A stretch of 64,000 bases of DNA from Lama glama (taxonomy: Eukaryota): assembly GCA_028534125.1 (NCBI GenBank), contig CM052817.1:14758001-14822000 (forward strand), read 5' to 3'. Each line of letters begins with the position of its first letter. The stretch's first letter is position 1. The notes beneath the pieces are model-generated. The model saw only the letters and a list, made by a program, of their open reading frames with translations. It ran no database searches and was not told where the DNA came from. Shown here piece after piece: positions 41,466 through 55,484 of the stretch. The translations under genes were made by a program, and so were the position numbers.

Positions 41466-42734
41466 CATCAAGTTGTGAAGGCTTTATGGGCATCTTAGTT
41501 TGTACTACTCATGGTAGTTTAAGATAATTACCAAACACTAGTTTTAGCAGAAAGTCGAACTAGCATTAGAAAGAAAGTTTTTAACCATGTACATTAGCCA
41601 ACTCAATCACGGACCCTCTAAGGTTACATCAGAAGTAGAAACAGCAGATTTACCAAATTAACTTCAGCAGAAAGCTAAGGAGTGTTTTGTGAAACCCCGT
41701 TCTCTTCAAAGAACAATGAGAAGACCAGGATCTTCACGTTGACTTTACTATCGACACCCCAACAGAAAAATGAACACTTTCCTTTCCACTTACAAGCTGC
41801 TACCATTCACTCTCACTCTGGATATACTAAGGCTTGGTGTAGAAGGTCTTCACAATTCCTCTCTCATCTCTGCTGCATGCAGTGACAATGGGCACCTGCA
41901 ATTTTAAAGTTTCTTTCAACACTAAAATGAAAAATGATGGAAACACTAACACAAGGACCTGAGAACATAAAGCTTAAAAAGGGGAAGTCTGACAAAATTC
42001 TTACATCACGGCCCCCGTCTATGGTTGCTAAGCTATTTTAGCTAAGTTGATGGACAAGTTTTTCAACTTTATCCCTGAGGGAAGAACTTAAATACTTTTT
42101 TTTCCCCAGCAAGGAGCTCTGAAAAATCAAGTCATAGTAGACAGTTAACTAGGGTTCTCTAAGTCAGCAGTAATCTCAAGTAGACAATCTGTGTTTATCC
42201 TGGTTCAGAGTGGACGACACCCATTCCTTAGGGCTTTGCCTTAAAAAGCACACCACGCCCCTGGAGGCACTGTTCTTCATGGTCTATTTTGGCAGGAGAT
42301 CATGCAGCCAAGCTAGCCATTTCCTCACAGGAGTTTCTGAGCCCAAACCATGTGAAACTGCCTAAATTGAGTAATTAAGTGAGCATGATAACTGATGTGG
42401 TGACCACCAAGCTGAAGGACCAGAAGACAACCACACATGCAGTGGAGGAATGGAAGATCTTTGAATCCAGGCAGATTCCAGGCAAGGCACAGTGCAAAAA
42501 CCAGACAACAATGGACTGAAACTGAAATAAGAGATAAGGAAATGCAGAGGATGGAGTCACACTACTTTCTAAGAAGCTTAATTGTGAAGGAAGAGCAGCT
42601 GCTCCCAAGTGCTGCTGCTACAGGGTGGTTTGGGGAAGGGGAGTTTTTTTGTTTTTGTTTTTGTTTTTGTTTCTAAACAGAGGCTAAATACACCAAGGAG
42701 AAATATCACAAATTAGGGGAGAAACTTAGAACAC

Positions 42735-43423
42735 TAGTGCAACCACTATGGAAAACAGTATGGAGGTTCCTCAGAAAACTAAAAATAGAACTACCATATG
42801 ATCCAGAAATTCCACTGCTAGGTATATACCTGAAGAAAACAAAAATGTATCTGAAGAAAATGAAAACACTAATTCAAAAAGATGCATGCATCGCAATGTT
42901 CATAGCAGTACTATTTACAGTAGCCTAGATATGGAAGCAACCTAAGCGCCCATCAACAGATGAATGAACAAAGAAAATGTAGTACATATTTACAATGGAA
43001 TATTACTCAGCCATAAAAAAGAATGAAATTTTGCCTTTGCAATAAGGTGGATGGACCTACAGAGTATTATGCTTAGAGAAATGTCAGACAGAGAAAGACA
43101 AATACTGTTATCACTTAATATGTGGATCTAAAAAACAAAACAAAGGAATGTAAATAAAATAAAAAAAGACTCTCAGATACAGAGAACAAACTAGTGGCTA
43201 TGGGTGGGGAGAGGGAATGGGGAGATGCGCAAGATAAGGTTAGGGGATTGGGAGATACAAACTACTGTGTAAAAAATAAGCAAGCAACAAAGATATATGA
43301 CACATCACAGAGAAATATAGCCATTCTTTTGTTATAGATTATACTCCATTTAAAGTTATAAAAATATTGAATCACTGTGTTGTATATCCAACTAAATCAA
43401 CTATACTTCAATTTTAAAAAAAA
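42735..43423 (+). mobile_element. LINE-1 3' end (ORF2 C-terminus and 3'UTR)
   Basis: Translates [30 protein letters not shown], a typical L1 ORF2 C-terminal motif, followed by 3'UTR and A tail. Confidence 0.93.
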
Positions 43424-46097
43424 GTTTACAATCTGGTAAGAGTGAGGACTATCAATTAAATAATTCCAAACAGTAAGACAGCTGCAGTAATGTAAGCAAA
43501 CATGAAGTGGGATGCGGTCACAAGAAACGGGGGAATCAGCCTAGCACTGATCGCCAAGGTGGACTGCAAGTTCCACGGTATCTGAAAGACTTTATCTTTG
43601 AATCCCTTGTACTCAGCACTGTGCTTACAATATTAACAGTGCCTCAATCGACGTGCATAGGGAAGGAAAGTTGTGCTGAGTATTGGGAAATACGGCCCCA
43701 GAGGAAAAGAAGACCTTGAATTCAAAGATAAAAACCTTACCCTTGACCCACAGGAATTCAGGCCAACTTTCAAGTCTATTCATTAAAATCACCTCGCTCC
43801 TTCTCTCCCTCTGTTGCGCTCACCTGGCAATGAAGCCAACTGGCTAATCCCACCCGTTCTCATCTCGAAACTGAAAGCGGCGGGAGAGAAATCACTGCAC
43901 CAACCATCTCCCTTTGGATTTGATCACAAGCAAAAATGGACACAACTCCACCCCAGTGACATTCTGCAATCCCCAGGATGGTCACTCACCCGCTCCTCCT
44001 TTCCAAAAGGACTTCACTCCTCTTTTACCTTGCTCTTCACACCACTTACGCACCTACCCCACCCCCGACTCTGCCTCCAGGTCTTTGAGAAAATAAAAGC
44101 CATGGGGCAGGAAGGCCATCTTCACCCCAACTGCCTGCCTGTCTGCCCACGCTCCCTCCTATCACCACGTGGGGATGGAATGTCCCTGCTCTGTCAAAAG
44201 CCAGACCCCTCACTGTGCTCCCGCTCCCATCCCATCTCGCCTTCTAGCATCTATTTCTCCCTCCCCCCAGCTATCCCCAACCACATTCAGGTGTGACTAA
44301 TAGTCTCTTCCCTTCACACCAAACTTCCTCCTCATGAGGGTGTTACCACCATCCTCACCCTGTTCCCTATTCAATCCACCCCAACCTGCCTTCTGTGGCC
44401 TCTGGTCCCCGGAGGGTACCAAAGTGGCAGGCTGTCAGGTCCAGCTTGGTCTTACTGTTCCTGATGTCTCAGCATCTCTCAACTGAGGCGCCCATTCCTG
44501 TCTTCAGACCTGAACTTCTCTTGGCTTTATGACGACCAGATACTGCCCAGCTGCTGCCCCCACCTCACCAGAAGCTTCCTCCTTCTCAGGCTCCGCCACT
44601 GCTCCAGGGAGCTTCAGTCTGGCCCCCTCCTGCTCCCATCGGTATACTCTTCCCTCCCTGACTTCGGCGAGACCCGTGCTTTAAATACTGTGGACAGACC
44701 AGTGGTTCCGAAAATCCTCTCTCCACTGCAGTAGGGCTAGTCTATCACCACCCATCACTGTAACTCTGGAATGCCCTCTCCCCCAACTCAACCCCATCTT
44801 TTCCTCCCCTCAGGCCATGCTCAAGTCTTAACTTCTTCAGGAAAATTTTAAAATCTTCCAATGCGCCCCCAGCCCCACTGCTCTTTTCAGACTTCCTAAA
44901 GTATTTAAATAATCAGCAGTACAGGATTTATTACTTAATTACAGAATTCTTTAATTGTTCCCTAGATGTCTGCTTCGCTTAGGTGCAAATCTCTCCAACC
45001 AAGTTTAGGTTTCGAAATCATATAAGCACTTCTTTTTGTGTGCTTGGCGCTGAGCTGGTAATATCCAATTATCAGTTCTCTGCTATCAGCAATATTTTAT
45101 AAAGTAAAAACCAAAACTCATACATATTTTAGTTTGTTAAATAGTCTGAGAAAAATCTGGACTTTGTCCCAAAGTTACTTAACAAATCAAAAAATTATTT
45201 TTAAAACCCTTTATCTGGAATCACCACGTAGCATCGAAGGGTAAACACTAACATCTGGAAAAGCAGGACTAAACCTGTGAAACTTTCTACCACTGATGTC
45301 CTCAGAATTTTTAAAACTTCATATTGAGCATTTCATATAAAACACAGGAATAGAGTAAATTTATTTCCAAGAAAAACATTAAATACAGTTCAATTTCTAT
45401 TCGATTTGTGCATAAAAATAATAAATGGAATTTAATCCTTTAATACAAAAGGCTACACGAGATTCAAAGACCAAGAGTGGCCAAGCTGTGGGTTTCTGCC
45501 AGACCTCTCTAGAAATATGGCTATGGAAATACGTGCTGTTCACTAAAATAGTTGAAGGATCTAAGCTTTAAGCTACATTGAAGTCCAGTTCATCTACTAA
45601 GTAAAACAGGCTTATTTTTCATTATTAAAGAAAGGAAAAAGAAAAAAGAAAAGGAAATGCTTGGCCACAACTAAGGAATTACAACTCAAACCACCAGAGA
45701 GCCTGCCTGTCCTTGACCTGCCCGCATAGCTCCGTCCCCACTCCAGGCACTGGACACATGCCCTTGACTCTCCAGCCACATTACCTACACCGCAAGGCAA
45801 TCATCTTCATGCCCGTGGGCTTGCTGGGGGCTCCCAGCTTCCATCCCCTGACTTCTTCACCACTTCCTTCACCATTATCTTTCTCATTCTTCTCAGATTG
45901 GCTCTGGACCCTCCTCTGATCCTCGAGGCCAACAACTATGCCCCCAAAGAAGCTAACCCTCTTCTGGGTTCCTGTTGCTATTTGTGCCTCTGATACTTGA
46001 GCGTTTACCATACTGTTCTGAGACGTATTCACGAATCTTTCTCCCCAAATACCTGTTAGTTCCTGGAGAAGACAGACCATGTCTTTAACCTATATTC

Positions 46098-46521
46098 TGT
46101 AGTGAAAATTGAGTGTCTCCCCAAACTGTATGTCCAAGTTCTAAACCCTAGTATCTCTGAAACTGACCTTGTTTGGAACGAGTGTCTTTGCAGATGTAAC
46201 TAAATTACAAATCTTTAGATGAGATCATCCTGGACTTCAGGTGGATCCTAAACTCAATGACTGGTGTCTTCTACAAGAAAGGAGAGTATCTGAAAGACAT
46301 ACAGGGAAGGCCATGTGAAGGCAGAGGCAGAGACTGGAGATGGGCTGCCACAAGCCAAGAATGTCAGAAGCAGAAAAAAGCAAGGATTCTGCGTTTAGAG
46401 GGAGCGTGGCCCTGCTGAAACCCTTGATTTCAGACTTCTTGCCTCCAGAATTGTGAGAGAAATCTGTTGCTTGAAGCCATCAGATTTGTGGTCATTTGCC
46501 ACAGTCCTAGGAAACTAATAC
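46098..46521 (+). mobile_element. MaLR LTR (MLT1C-like)
   Basis: tgtagtg...tatgtccaagttctaaaccc...gatgagatcatcctgga...gcctccagaattgtgagaga...ctaggaaactaatac. Confidence 0.85.
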
Positions 46522-48540
46522 CCAGTCCAAACCTCAGCGTGCTGCCTACGACCTCGGAACCACTCAACAAAAACTGGGTTGAACTAAGACGGAAGATGAA
46601 GGCAAGGGTTAAGGATGAGAAAGCATCTGAATCACAGGGCAGGAATCTGAGACATAGGCCCTCCTCATGCCTTCACTATGGGAACTTGGGCAAATCTCTT
46701 ATCCATCATGACCCTCTGATTTATTCCCTAGCAAAATGAGGAAACTGGCCCAGAACACCCTCCAACAGGACTGATATCCTTGAACTCACTTCATCTAGAA
46801 CATCAGCTTTACTTGATCCTTAAATTATAATTTCTTCTCCTTTACTAAATAAATTTTATCAATTTTACTTTTATCTAAAGAGCTTTTAAGTGCAAAAAAA
46901 AACCTGGATTAAAATGACATTTCAAAGGCACTTAAAATTTAAATAGCTCTTGAAAATTCAGAGATAGTTTGATAATATGCTGAAAAGTAATTTTCTACAA
47001 TATCAACTCTTCCCCCTCCATAAAACCAACAATTTACAAATAGTTGGTTTAATCCAGCTAGAACTGTTGACAATTCAGAAAAACTCGACCTAAACTTGAA
47101 TCAGCTGAACCGCCACTGGTCCAGAACCCAAATGTATGATGACTAATTTCTTCAGAGTTACGAGGGATATTGCCAACACAAAGGTTGTCTCCACTTGACT
47201 CCAGGCTGTAATTAAGGTCCCAAACCCAAAATTTCCACTTCAAAGAACCTGGCTAAGAAATAAATACAGCTGCTGCCACTACCAAATGGTCAAGTGCTGG
47301 TAAAGGAGTCAAAGGAAACAAAAACTCTTTTACCATTTTCAGGCCTCCATAAACAGAAACACATAATTTTCCTGTGTCAAACCTTTCCTAATTCAAACAA
47401 ATGGAAATAAAGAACAAAGGTGTTAGTAATTAAATGTATACTTATTTACCATTAAGTCCTGCTTAATTAGGGTTAAATTAAAAACCATATTTTAAGTTTT
47501 TTCACAGGTCATGCTGCCCCCCTGACTTTCATGTTTTCATAGCGGCAGCCTTGATTCTTTTTTAGGAAACCAACCAAAACATCACAGAGCAACACGGCGC
47601 CGAGGGGCTCATATTTCAGATCGACAAAATATCCACTAGAAACACTTTCAAACTTTTCCAAACCAATTCATCGTTCAGAGAATAAAATCAAGAGTCACTA
47701 GGGCCAAAGATTTAGCTACAGTTGGGAGAACCACGCTTGCAAAACTGGACGGTGAATCGTAGCAGAGTTAGAAGACCAAAAACTTTTTCTTCCAGGTGGA
47801 AACTCAACCCGCAAATTAAGTCCCTTGAGTTGGACGGCTCAACAAACTCCCAGTTTCCAATTCCGAGGTTCCCGAGTTCTAAAGACGAGCGCTCACACAC
47901 AAGAACACAGGGCTAGGAGGTGCACGACTACGTCTCAAATGTATTTCTGTCCCTTAAAAATAACTCGATTTTAAAAGGTGCTCTATAACTGTCATAAAAC
48001 TAAGAGTGCAAAAGCAAAGGAAACAGCCTTGGGGAATCGGGGATCCCACACAGGGCCGTTCAAGGTCCTCGTGTAGTATTCTGCAAACTAGCGCCTAAGT
48101 AACTTAACGCGCACGAAGCTGAAGCACTGGTGCTTCTAGCAGAGCACTGTTTCTGGACGCCCAAGCACGGGATGAATGAGCTTTAACTCCGCCGAGAGCA
48201 TGTTTACTTGCATTCTCACGTGGCACCGCGCTGCGACCACAACGCTGCGCCGGGACCGCACCAGGAAACCCTAAAACTTTTACTTTGCAAACTGACGGAG
48301 CTGGGAGGGGGTTCGAGGGCACACTCGCTGGCCCGCCCCGAAAGTGCGCCCAGGCCGAGCCCACCGGGACTTCCCCCCCACCATCCCCCGCCTGCAGCTT
48401 CCTTCCCACAAAGGCGCGGGGATGCCGGCGGGACCCTCTTCCAAGCGGCTCACAGGGAGAAGCGGTGCGACGGGAAAGCGCCAGGAGGGAGGAAGGGGGA
48501 GCGGGCGCGAGGGCAGAGTGGCGCCCCGCGTGCTACTCAC

Positions 48541-48782
48541 AGGGTGACCGTGCGGTTGGGCAGCGTGTCCGGGGGCAGGACCTGCGCGAGCTCCAAGCTG
48601 CTGCACACCACCTTGCCCTCGGCGGCGCCCGCCGCCCTGCCGGCCCCTCGGGGCCGCCCGTCGTGCTTGCAGCCCGGGGGCAGCGCCGCGGCCCCGCCGC
48701 CTCCTCCCAGCAGCGCGAGCAGCGCCAGCGGCAGCAGCAGAGGCGGCGGCGCGCGGCCCCGCGGGCGCCCGGGCGGCTCCAT
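48541..48782 (-). CDS. ADGRA3: ADGRA3/GPR125 coding exon 1 (signal peptide, LRR N-terminal cap)
   Basis: ATG at 48782 in context cgcagcATGG. Translates MEPPGRPRGRAPPPLLLPLALLALLGGGGGAAALPPGCKHDGRPRGAGRAAGAAEGKVVCSSLELAQVLPPDTLPNRTVT(L), recognised as the GPR125 N-terminus. Donor CT|gtgagt; 242 nt, ends in phase 2. Confidence 0.97.
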
Positions 48783-48823
48783 GCTGCGGGCCGGGGCCTG
48801 CGGGCCGAGGGCGGAGCGCTGGC

Positions 48824-48928
48824 CTAGCGGGCCGCCCCGGCGCCCGGGCGGACGGGAGCGCGGTGCGGGCCCGGCGGCGCCCGGAGCCTCATGGCGGCCA
48901 GAGGACGCGCCCTCTTCGGCGCCGACAT
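48824..48928 (-). other. Upstream ORF (34 aa) in the presumed ADGRA3 5'UTR
   Basis: ATG at 48928 (gagcATGt) and in-frame ATG at 48892 (gccgccATGa), stop TAG at 48824-48826; MSAPKRARPLAAMRLRAPPGPHRAPVRPGAGAAR*. Out of frame with the main ORF and ends 41 nt before it. Confidence 0.6.
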
Positions 48929-50642
48929 GCTCCTTTGTCCGCTGTGGCTGCGCTCGGCCACCGGGGAGTCGCGGGGTCACGGCCGCGCAGGTCCCAGCGC
49001 CGGTCTACGGACAGGCGGGAGCACCGCCTCCTCCTCCTCCTCCTCCGTCGCCGCCGCCGCCTCCCCCGGCCACTGCCCGCGGCGGTTCCTCCCAGCCCGC
49101 CGCTGCCGCCCGCCCCCGCCCCTTCCCTTCCCTTTCCTTCCCCTCCTCCTCCTCCTCCTCCACCTCGGCGTCTCCTCTCCCCTCGCTGCCCGCGGCTCCG
49201 GGAAGGAGGCGCGCGCTCCCAGCCCTGCGCCGCCCGCCAGCCCAGGGACCCGACCCCCGACCCCTTGAGCGTCCCGCCTCCGGGCAGGAGTTGTGGGGAC
49301 CGCGGGGGTACGGTAACTCGTGCGGAGGGCGGAAGAAAGTTCTAGTCCAAACTCCAGCCACGGTGGCCACTATCCCGCACGCCAACCGCCCTCCAGACAA
49401 AGCCGTACTATGCGCCCCTGAGAGCCGCCCTAAGAGCCCTGGCCCCGGGCTTGGAGTGCGGGAGCAGAGCAGGGCTGAATTTCCTCGGAGAAAGGAAAGG
49501 AGAGGGAGAATGCCCCGACCAGCTACCTTGAAAGGACGCGCCCTCTTTCCCACCTGTCTTTCCCCGGCAGGGTTATCGCGCCTCCTCTTGGCACACCGTC
49601 GTCTGATTTGTCCCTAATACAGCAGAACTAGGGAGAGGTGACTCTCCATAGCTGTTTCTGACCTTCAGTGACTCCAGCTATGATCCCTGCAAAAGATGCA
49701 CGGGGCTTCGATGGACCGGCAGGCTTTGGAGAAAGAAATTTCCCTCTGGGGTCCAAAGATACCCCAGATGTAACCAGTTAGAGCAATCGTGAGCAAACCA
49801 GCCAAGAAACCCCAGGTGAATGGATTATTCTATGTAAGGCTGCCAGCCCCAACATAACATTTCCGAGACCAGGGTTCACATACCCAATGTTTAAATATTT
49901 ACAAGGAATACATCAAACTTGCAAATAAAATATATTCTATGCTCCCACCTTGAGAAATAGAACACCAGGTGTGTGGACAGAGCTCTCCGATACCTTGGAG
50001 TTCCACCCCATACATGGCAGGGAGGGAAGAGGCAGACCCCAGCCCTTGGTGTCCACACTTTCATCACTTTTGCTTCTAGTGCCAGCTCCATTCATGAACA
50101 AGGGGGTCTTCCTGCTCATGTGTGGACACCCCAGCCCCTTGGTTGGACACACTCAACCAAGCTCCGTGCACACCCTGAAACAGCCACGCCTTGGCAGCCC
50201 CTCAGTCTTAGGAATGTACACACGGGTGGTTTGGTCCTCCCTTGGGAGGACAGCTCTGGGAAGAGGCCTGCTCAGGCCCTGGAATTAGCCTTGGAAATTT
50301 TCAATCAGCGAATTCCAGGGTCCTGGGCTCCTTAGACAAGGTCTAGAAGTACAAAGGGGATGCAAGCTCTTGGGGACACATCCCTTGGCCCTTGGGGAGA
50401 AGAGCTAGGATGGTGCCCTCTAAAATGCAGAGCCAGGACAGGGTTTTTCTTGCCTAGGTCTAAGGTCATTATTGCCTAGGGCCCCTACAGAGTCTATCTT
50501 ACGGGCCAATTCCTAGGATCCTCTTTATATGACTAGAACTGTCTCAGTAGTAAATAAATTTCCTCTCCTTAACATACACTATTGCGTTAAATTGAGTAGC
50601 ACGTCATATGACCAACATTTTCTGAAATTGAACTATGTGAAT

Positions 50643-50842
50643 CCAGCCATGTCCATAGTACATTCTGTGATAGAAATGTTCTGGATCTGTGCTATCCAGT
50701 GGTGGCCACAGAGGGCTCTTTGACACTTCACATGTAGCTAGTGTGAGGTTAGAAGATACTTTCTCATTTTATTTAATTTTAATTAATTTAAATTCAAACT
50801 TAGTCCAAGGTGCCTAGTGGCTACCCCACTGAACAGTGCAGT
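50643..50842. mobile_element. hAT-Charlie MITE (MER3-like)
   Basis: ttctgtgatagaaatgttctggatctgtgctatcca...ttttatttaattttaattaattta...ctagtggctacc. Confidence 0.65.
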
Positions 50843-53800
50843 TCTTGACACTGATGGATAGAAAAAGTAGGAGATGAATTATCATCACCATTAAATAGCT
50901 TTATAAATGAGCTTAAGTGGATGAAACTGATCATATTTCTCTTGAATTTATTTAAAGAATTCTTATTCCCTAACAAAATCATCATCATCATGTTTTCTTT
51001 ATAAAAACTTCTTACTAGAGCAAAATAGTTTATTAGCCATATGACTGTTTTCATAGCTACAAACTGTAATGTGAACTCAGAATCTGAATATTTTCACATA
51101 CTTTGTTTCAGCCTATAGTTGAAATGACTATGCATGTCTACTTTGAAATTTGTTTACCACAAGTACTAACATCAGCTTGATTATGTAACCTCTTTTTACT
51201 TCACTGTAGTTGAGAACATTTTATAAAGTACACAATCATCAAAGAGACAAGTAGTACAATGAATCCAAGAAGAAATACGGAGGAAGTGTTTTATTACATG
51301 GATAATTTCAGCCATTCTTGCACAGAAATCACTCACTCTATCTTTGAAAATAAGAATCATTACAGATTACAAAATAGTAATACGGTATATTAAGGCTGGA
51401 AAGGGCTTGGGAAAGTGTATCTTTCAACCCTGTAGTCCTTAGTATGCAGACAACCTTGAGTTATCATCACTCATAAGGACACAGCAAGTGGTCCTTTCCC
51501 CACTTAACAAATATCTCTGAGGATGATACTGTCTGAAACTTAACATCGTTTACCTTCAGTCACACCAAAAGCTTCACTTTAATTAAGCTACCCCAGCCTG
51601 ACAGCCTCTTGTCAGACAGGTCTACCCACTGCTGATCCCCCCTCAGGCATCAAGAACATTATTTGAAGTTATAGGTCTTAATAAGTCCTTTCCAAGTTCT
51701 CACTGTGTTTGTGAGTATCACACTTTAGAACATCCTATAGGAACTGTTTGAGAAACCACTCATTAACCATATTCCTGTACACGTAGTCCTGTAAAGCTGT
51801 ATTGCATCAACTGTTGCTTTAAGGATGGTAGATGGACCACATTCCAAGGCTTCTATTCTGCGAATCCTGTCTTGCTGTTATGTAAGTCTTGTAGGAGACA
51901 CCAGAGAAACACTCAAAGATGCTTTGTTTTTCCTCCTCATATAGACACTGTATTAAATGTTTAAGCTTAAATACATATGTAATAAACATGTGGATGTATA
52001 TACATATATACCATCCTATTTATTAAGTTTATTTTACATGCCTGTCTTCTTCCCTCTCTACCAGACTATGAGCTCCTAATTTCCCCTAATTTAATCTTAA
52101 ATTACTCCCTTCCACCTTCAGTCACTCCCTATTGTATTACTCTAGAATCTAGAACCGTCATCTAGACTGACTGACATAACATGTCTTGTCCAAACCTGAA
52201 GATGGCTACCATTTTTAAATTTGTTTATAGTTTTATGTTGTTAGCCTCCCCCATTACAGTAACAGTTGTATGACACTTTAAGCAGTTTTTTTTTTTTTCT
52301 GGCAGACACTTAGTTGCTGCCAGAGAGCCATCCCCCAATTTTTTCTCCCTTCAAAGTCAGTATCTCTGGCAACTGCCGGTGGTCATAATCTGGTTCTAGC
52401 CAAAAAGAATCAAAGGCTGCTGTCCAATATGGTGGACGTTAGAAGCTTTGGGATAGAAATTTTTTGTGTGATAAAAGGAGACTTAAAAGATTTCTCTCAC
52501 CCCCTCATCCTTCTTGCTTTGGAAATGGTATTGTGAGGACATGATACCTGGAGTTGAAGCAGGTATTTGGAGACATCAAGGCAAAAAGCCTAAAAGGAAA
52601 TTCCAAAATAAAAGGAGGAAATGGAAAGACAAAAACCATTTGTGTCCCTGAGGTCATACTTGAACTGCCAATCAAGCCTCTGGACTTATTTTTATTGACT
52701 ATGAATATTCTCTGGTTTAAGCCACTGTCATTATGGTTTTCTAGTGCCCACAGCAGTGTCTGACCCAGAGAAGAAAGTCCAAAGTACTTGCTGATTCTCA
52801 TAGTTTAAATCTTACTCATTTTTATGTTCCAAACATCCAATATAGTTCTTCATATGTATTAGCTGCTGAGTATTGAGAACAGTGACTAATGTTCAGTTCT
52901 TCTAGAATCAAGTGGAAATGTATAATGTCATGATTAAACTGACAACAGGAAAGAACAGCAATTTTTAGCACTTGAAATGTCTCAGTTGACACCTCTATAA
53001 ACCCGGTTAATAAAGACATTCTCTGTTTATTTTTGCATCATTTAATGTTAATCTATTAATTGTGACAGCTGTAGTTTATATTTTTAGTCATTACATAGCA
53101 TGTGCTAGAATGCATGCTTGGTCATTACCTAGGACCCAGATAGAAACAGCAATAGTATCTCAAATAACCCCCTAGCCTTTTTAGACAGCATTGGCTCCTG
53201 ATCTGGTTTACTACTTACTAGAAATAGTGGCCTTCGGCAGGTCATTAAATCTCATCTTTCTAAATGAGACTCTGAACTGGAACCAGCTTTAAAGTGCTAT
53301 GATTTTACACTCCTGAACCATGAATCCTTCTTTTGTTTGTCTGCTGCAGCCAGACTATTATTGGAATGTATCCTTGTGACAGTTAAATACCCTTTTCAGA
53401 TGACCAAATATCTTTCTGAAATGGTATATTCTCTACCCACTGCAGTGTAATTACCATCAGTTGTAAATATGAAGAAGAAATATGAGGCAAAAATTGGCCA
53501 GCAGTGCCACGTGGGGAATTACTTTGATGTAACAGTAGTCTCCAAGTACATGACCCAGCAGGTGAGCACAGAGGTGGTGGAACAGGAAGGTTCACAGTGC
53601 AAATTAAGACGCTCAAACCACAGTTCATTACATCCACTTAAAACACACAGGGAAGAGTGAGAAGCAGGGAAAGAACTGGGGTAGGTGAACCCAACAGGGA
53701 TAGGATGCAAACAGATGTAAGATCTACCACTGGAACATACACAATATTCATATGCACTGAGTTAGTCCATCTGTCTGTCCCTCTTCCAACTCAGACACAT

Positions 53801-55464
53801 CAACATTCCCCAGTGTTGGGGTTTACAGAGAACAGAATTGAAATTTAAGCAAGGAGATGTAAGACATCTGGGACCAACATCCCACTTGTGCTGTCAGAGA
53901 CATGCAGGGCAGTTGTGCCTGGCCACAACTATAACTTGGCTGTGGACTTTATTTGTGCTTCTTGGACAGAGAGCACATGGGACCAGATTTGATGTCACCA
54001 ATAGATAGCTGTTTTTCAACCCAATGTATAGAGTGCCTCATAAGCCTTATGCATACTTCATGAAACATAAATATTTATTTTTCCATCCTTTTCTAAATAA
54101 GTGATTTTTCTCTTTTGTCTCATATTTTTATCTGTTCACGACACACATATTCTACCTTCTTTTTCTACGTCTACCATGTCACTCAGGCCATTGGCTTCTC
54201 TACTTAGTGTCCTTTTTTCCTTCCTTTTTTAAATTATTTTTATAGCAGAATTAAATATTTTAAAATAACGCAGACAACATAGTACATAACAGAGGAAACA
54301 ACAGACTTTGGGGAAATTTAGAAATATAGTCCAAACCGGAGATGTAGATAGCATCCTCAAATAGCACATTTCCTGAGTATTTATCTCCCAAATATAATAT
54401 ATATAAAACCTATCTTGTATCGCTATTTACATTATTAAAATTTTACTCCTATGGGCCAATGTAATGATTAAAATCTATCAACCAACTAGTAATTATTAAT
54501 GATAGGCACAGTGGCAGATATGCCAATCATGAAATTTCCATCTAAAAGTTTTTTTTTAAAGCAGTAGCTTTCTTCCTCCTTAGTGTCAGTTAACATATTA
54601 AAATTCATTTGTTGAGCTGAACAGAATGGGAAGGTATATTTGATATTAAGCATTTCTTAACAAAGAAACTACTACTTTGAATCAACCTCTGAATCTGTAT
54701 GTTAATAACACATTGAGTATCTTGTTTTTTGGATTTTTGTGATATATTTTTAAACACATTCCTATATCACTTGAAAGCCTCAAACATTATTAAGTCAAAC
54801 AATTTGGTTATATAAACTTAGTCAAACTTTGAAATTTTAATTTAGATATATTGATTATTTTATTCATTATATTATACATATTTCGAGTAATAGGGCTATT
54901 TTAGTTTATATGTTAATAAACCAAGTCATGTATTTTTTATATAACTTTATAGAATGCTAAAATACACAGGAACGTGCTAAAGTACAGAGGAAAAGGCATT
55001 GGATTTTTTTTTTAAGTCAAGAGATTTGAATTAATATATTAATTCTACCTTAGGTAACTTACTCAACTTCTTGGTGCACAGGTTTCTTCATTTGTTAGAT
55101 GGTTTAATTTAAATTTAATTTAAATTATTATGATCACATTGAAAGTTCCTAGCACATGACCTGAACATAATAGGTGCCTACCAAAGGTTATTTGAACATG
55201 AATCTAGCCCCTTGCCTCATATTCCAGATGAAGAAGATGAAATCTAAAGGGAGGCTGAATGGAATCTACCTATGGTCACATCCTTGGTTCATGTGAAAGC
55301 CTGAACCAGAGAGCTGGGAAAACGTTGAGGGGTAATTGGTTTCCCTTATAACCCTGTAATCAGCCTTTCTTATAAACCTGGTTATGAGTTATGAATTAAA
55401 CCAATCACTTTCTGAGTATGTTTCCTCACCTGCAGAACTGAGGGACTAATAATCCACCCCACCG

Positions 55465-55484
55465 CACACACACACACACACACA
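55465..55484. repeat. (CA)n microsatellite
   Basis: About 10 CA units. Confidence 0.9.

Larger units (their letters stand above)
48100..49620. promoter_or_regulatory. CpG island: ADGRA3 promoter, 5'UTR and exon 1
   Basis: Very GC- and CpG-rich stretch spanning exon 1, with several GC boxes and CCT/GCC triplet runs. TSS cannot be fixed from sequence alone. Confidence 0.93.

Noticed and set aside
48783..48980. In-frame GTG-initiated N-terminal extension of ADGRA3
   Set aside because: An open frame is expected in GC-rich UTR; the ATG at 48782 has strong context and is followed directly by a signal peptide.
48208..49617. 469-aa + strand ORF and other overlapping ORFs across the CpG island
   Set aside because: Low-complexity Pro/Ala/Arg/Gly translation, non-ATG start, antisense to exon 1; stop codons are simply rare in very GC-rich DNA.
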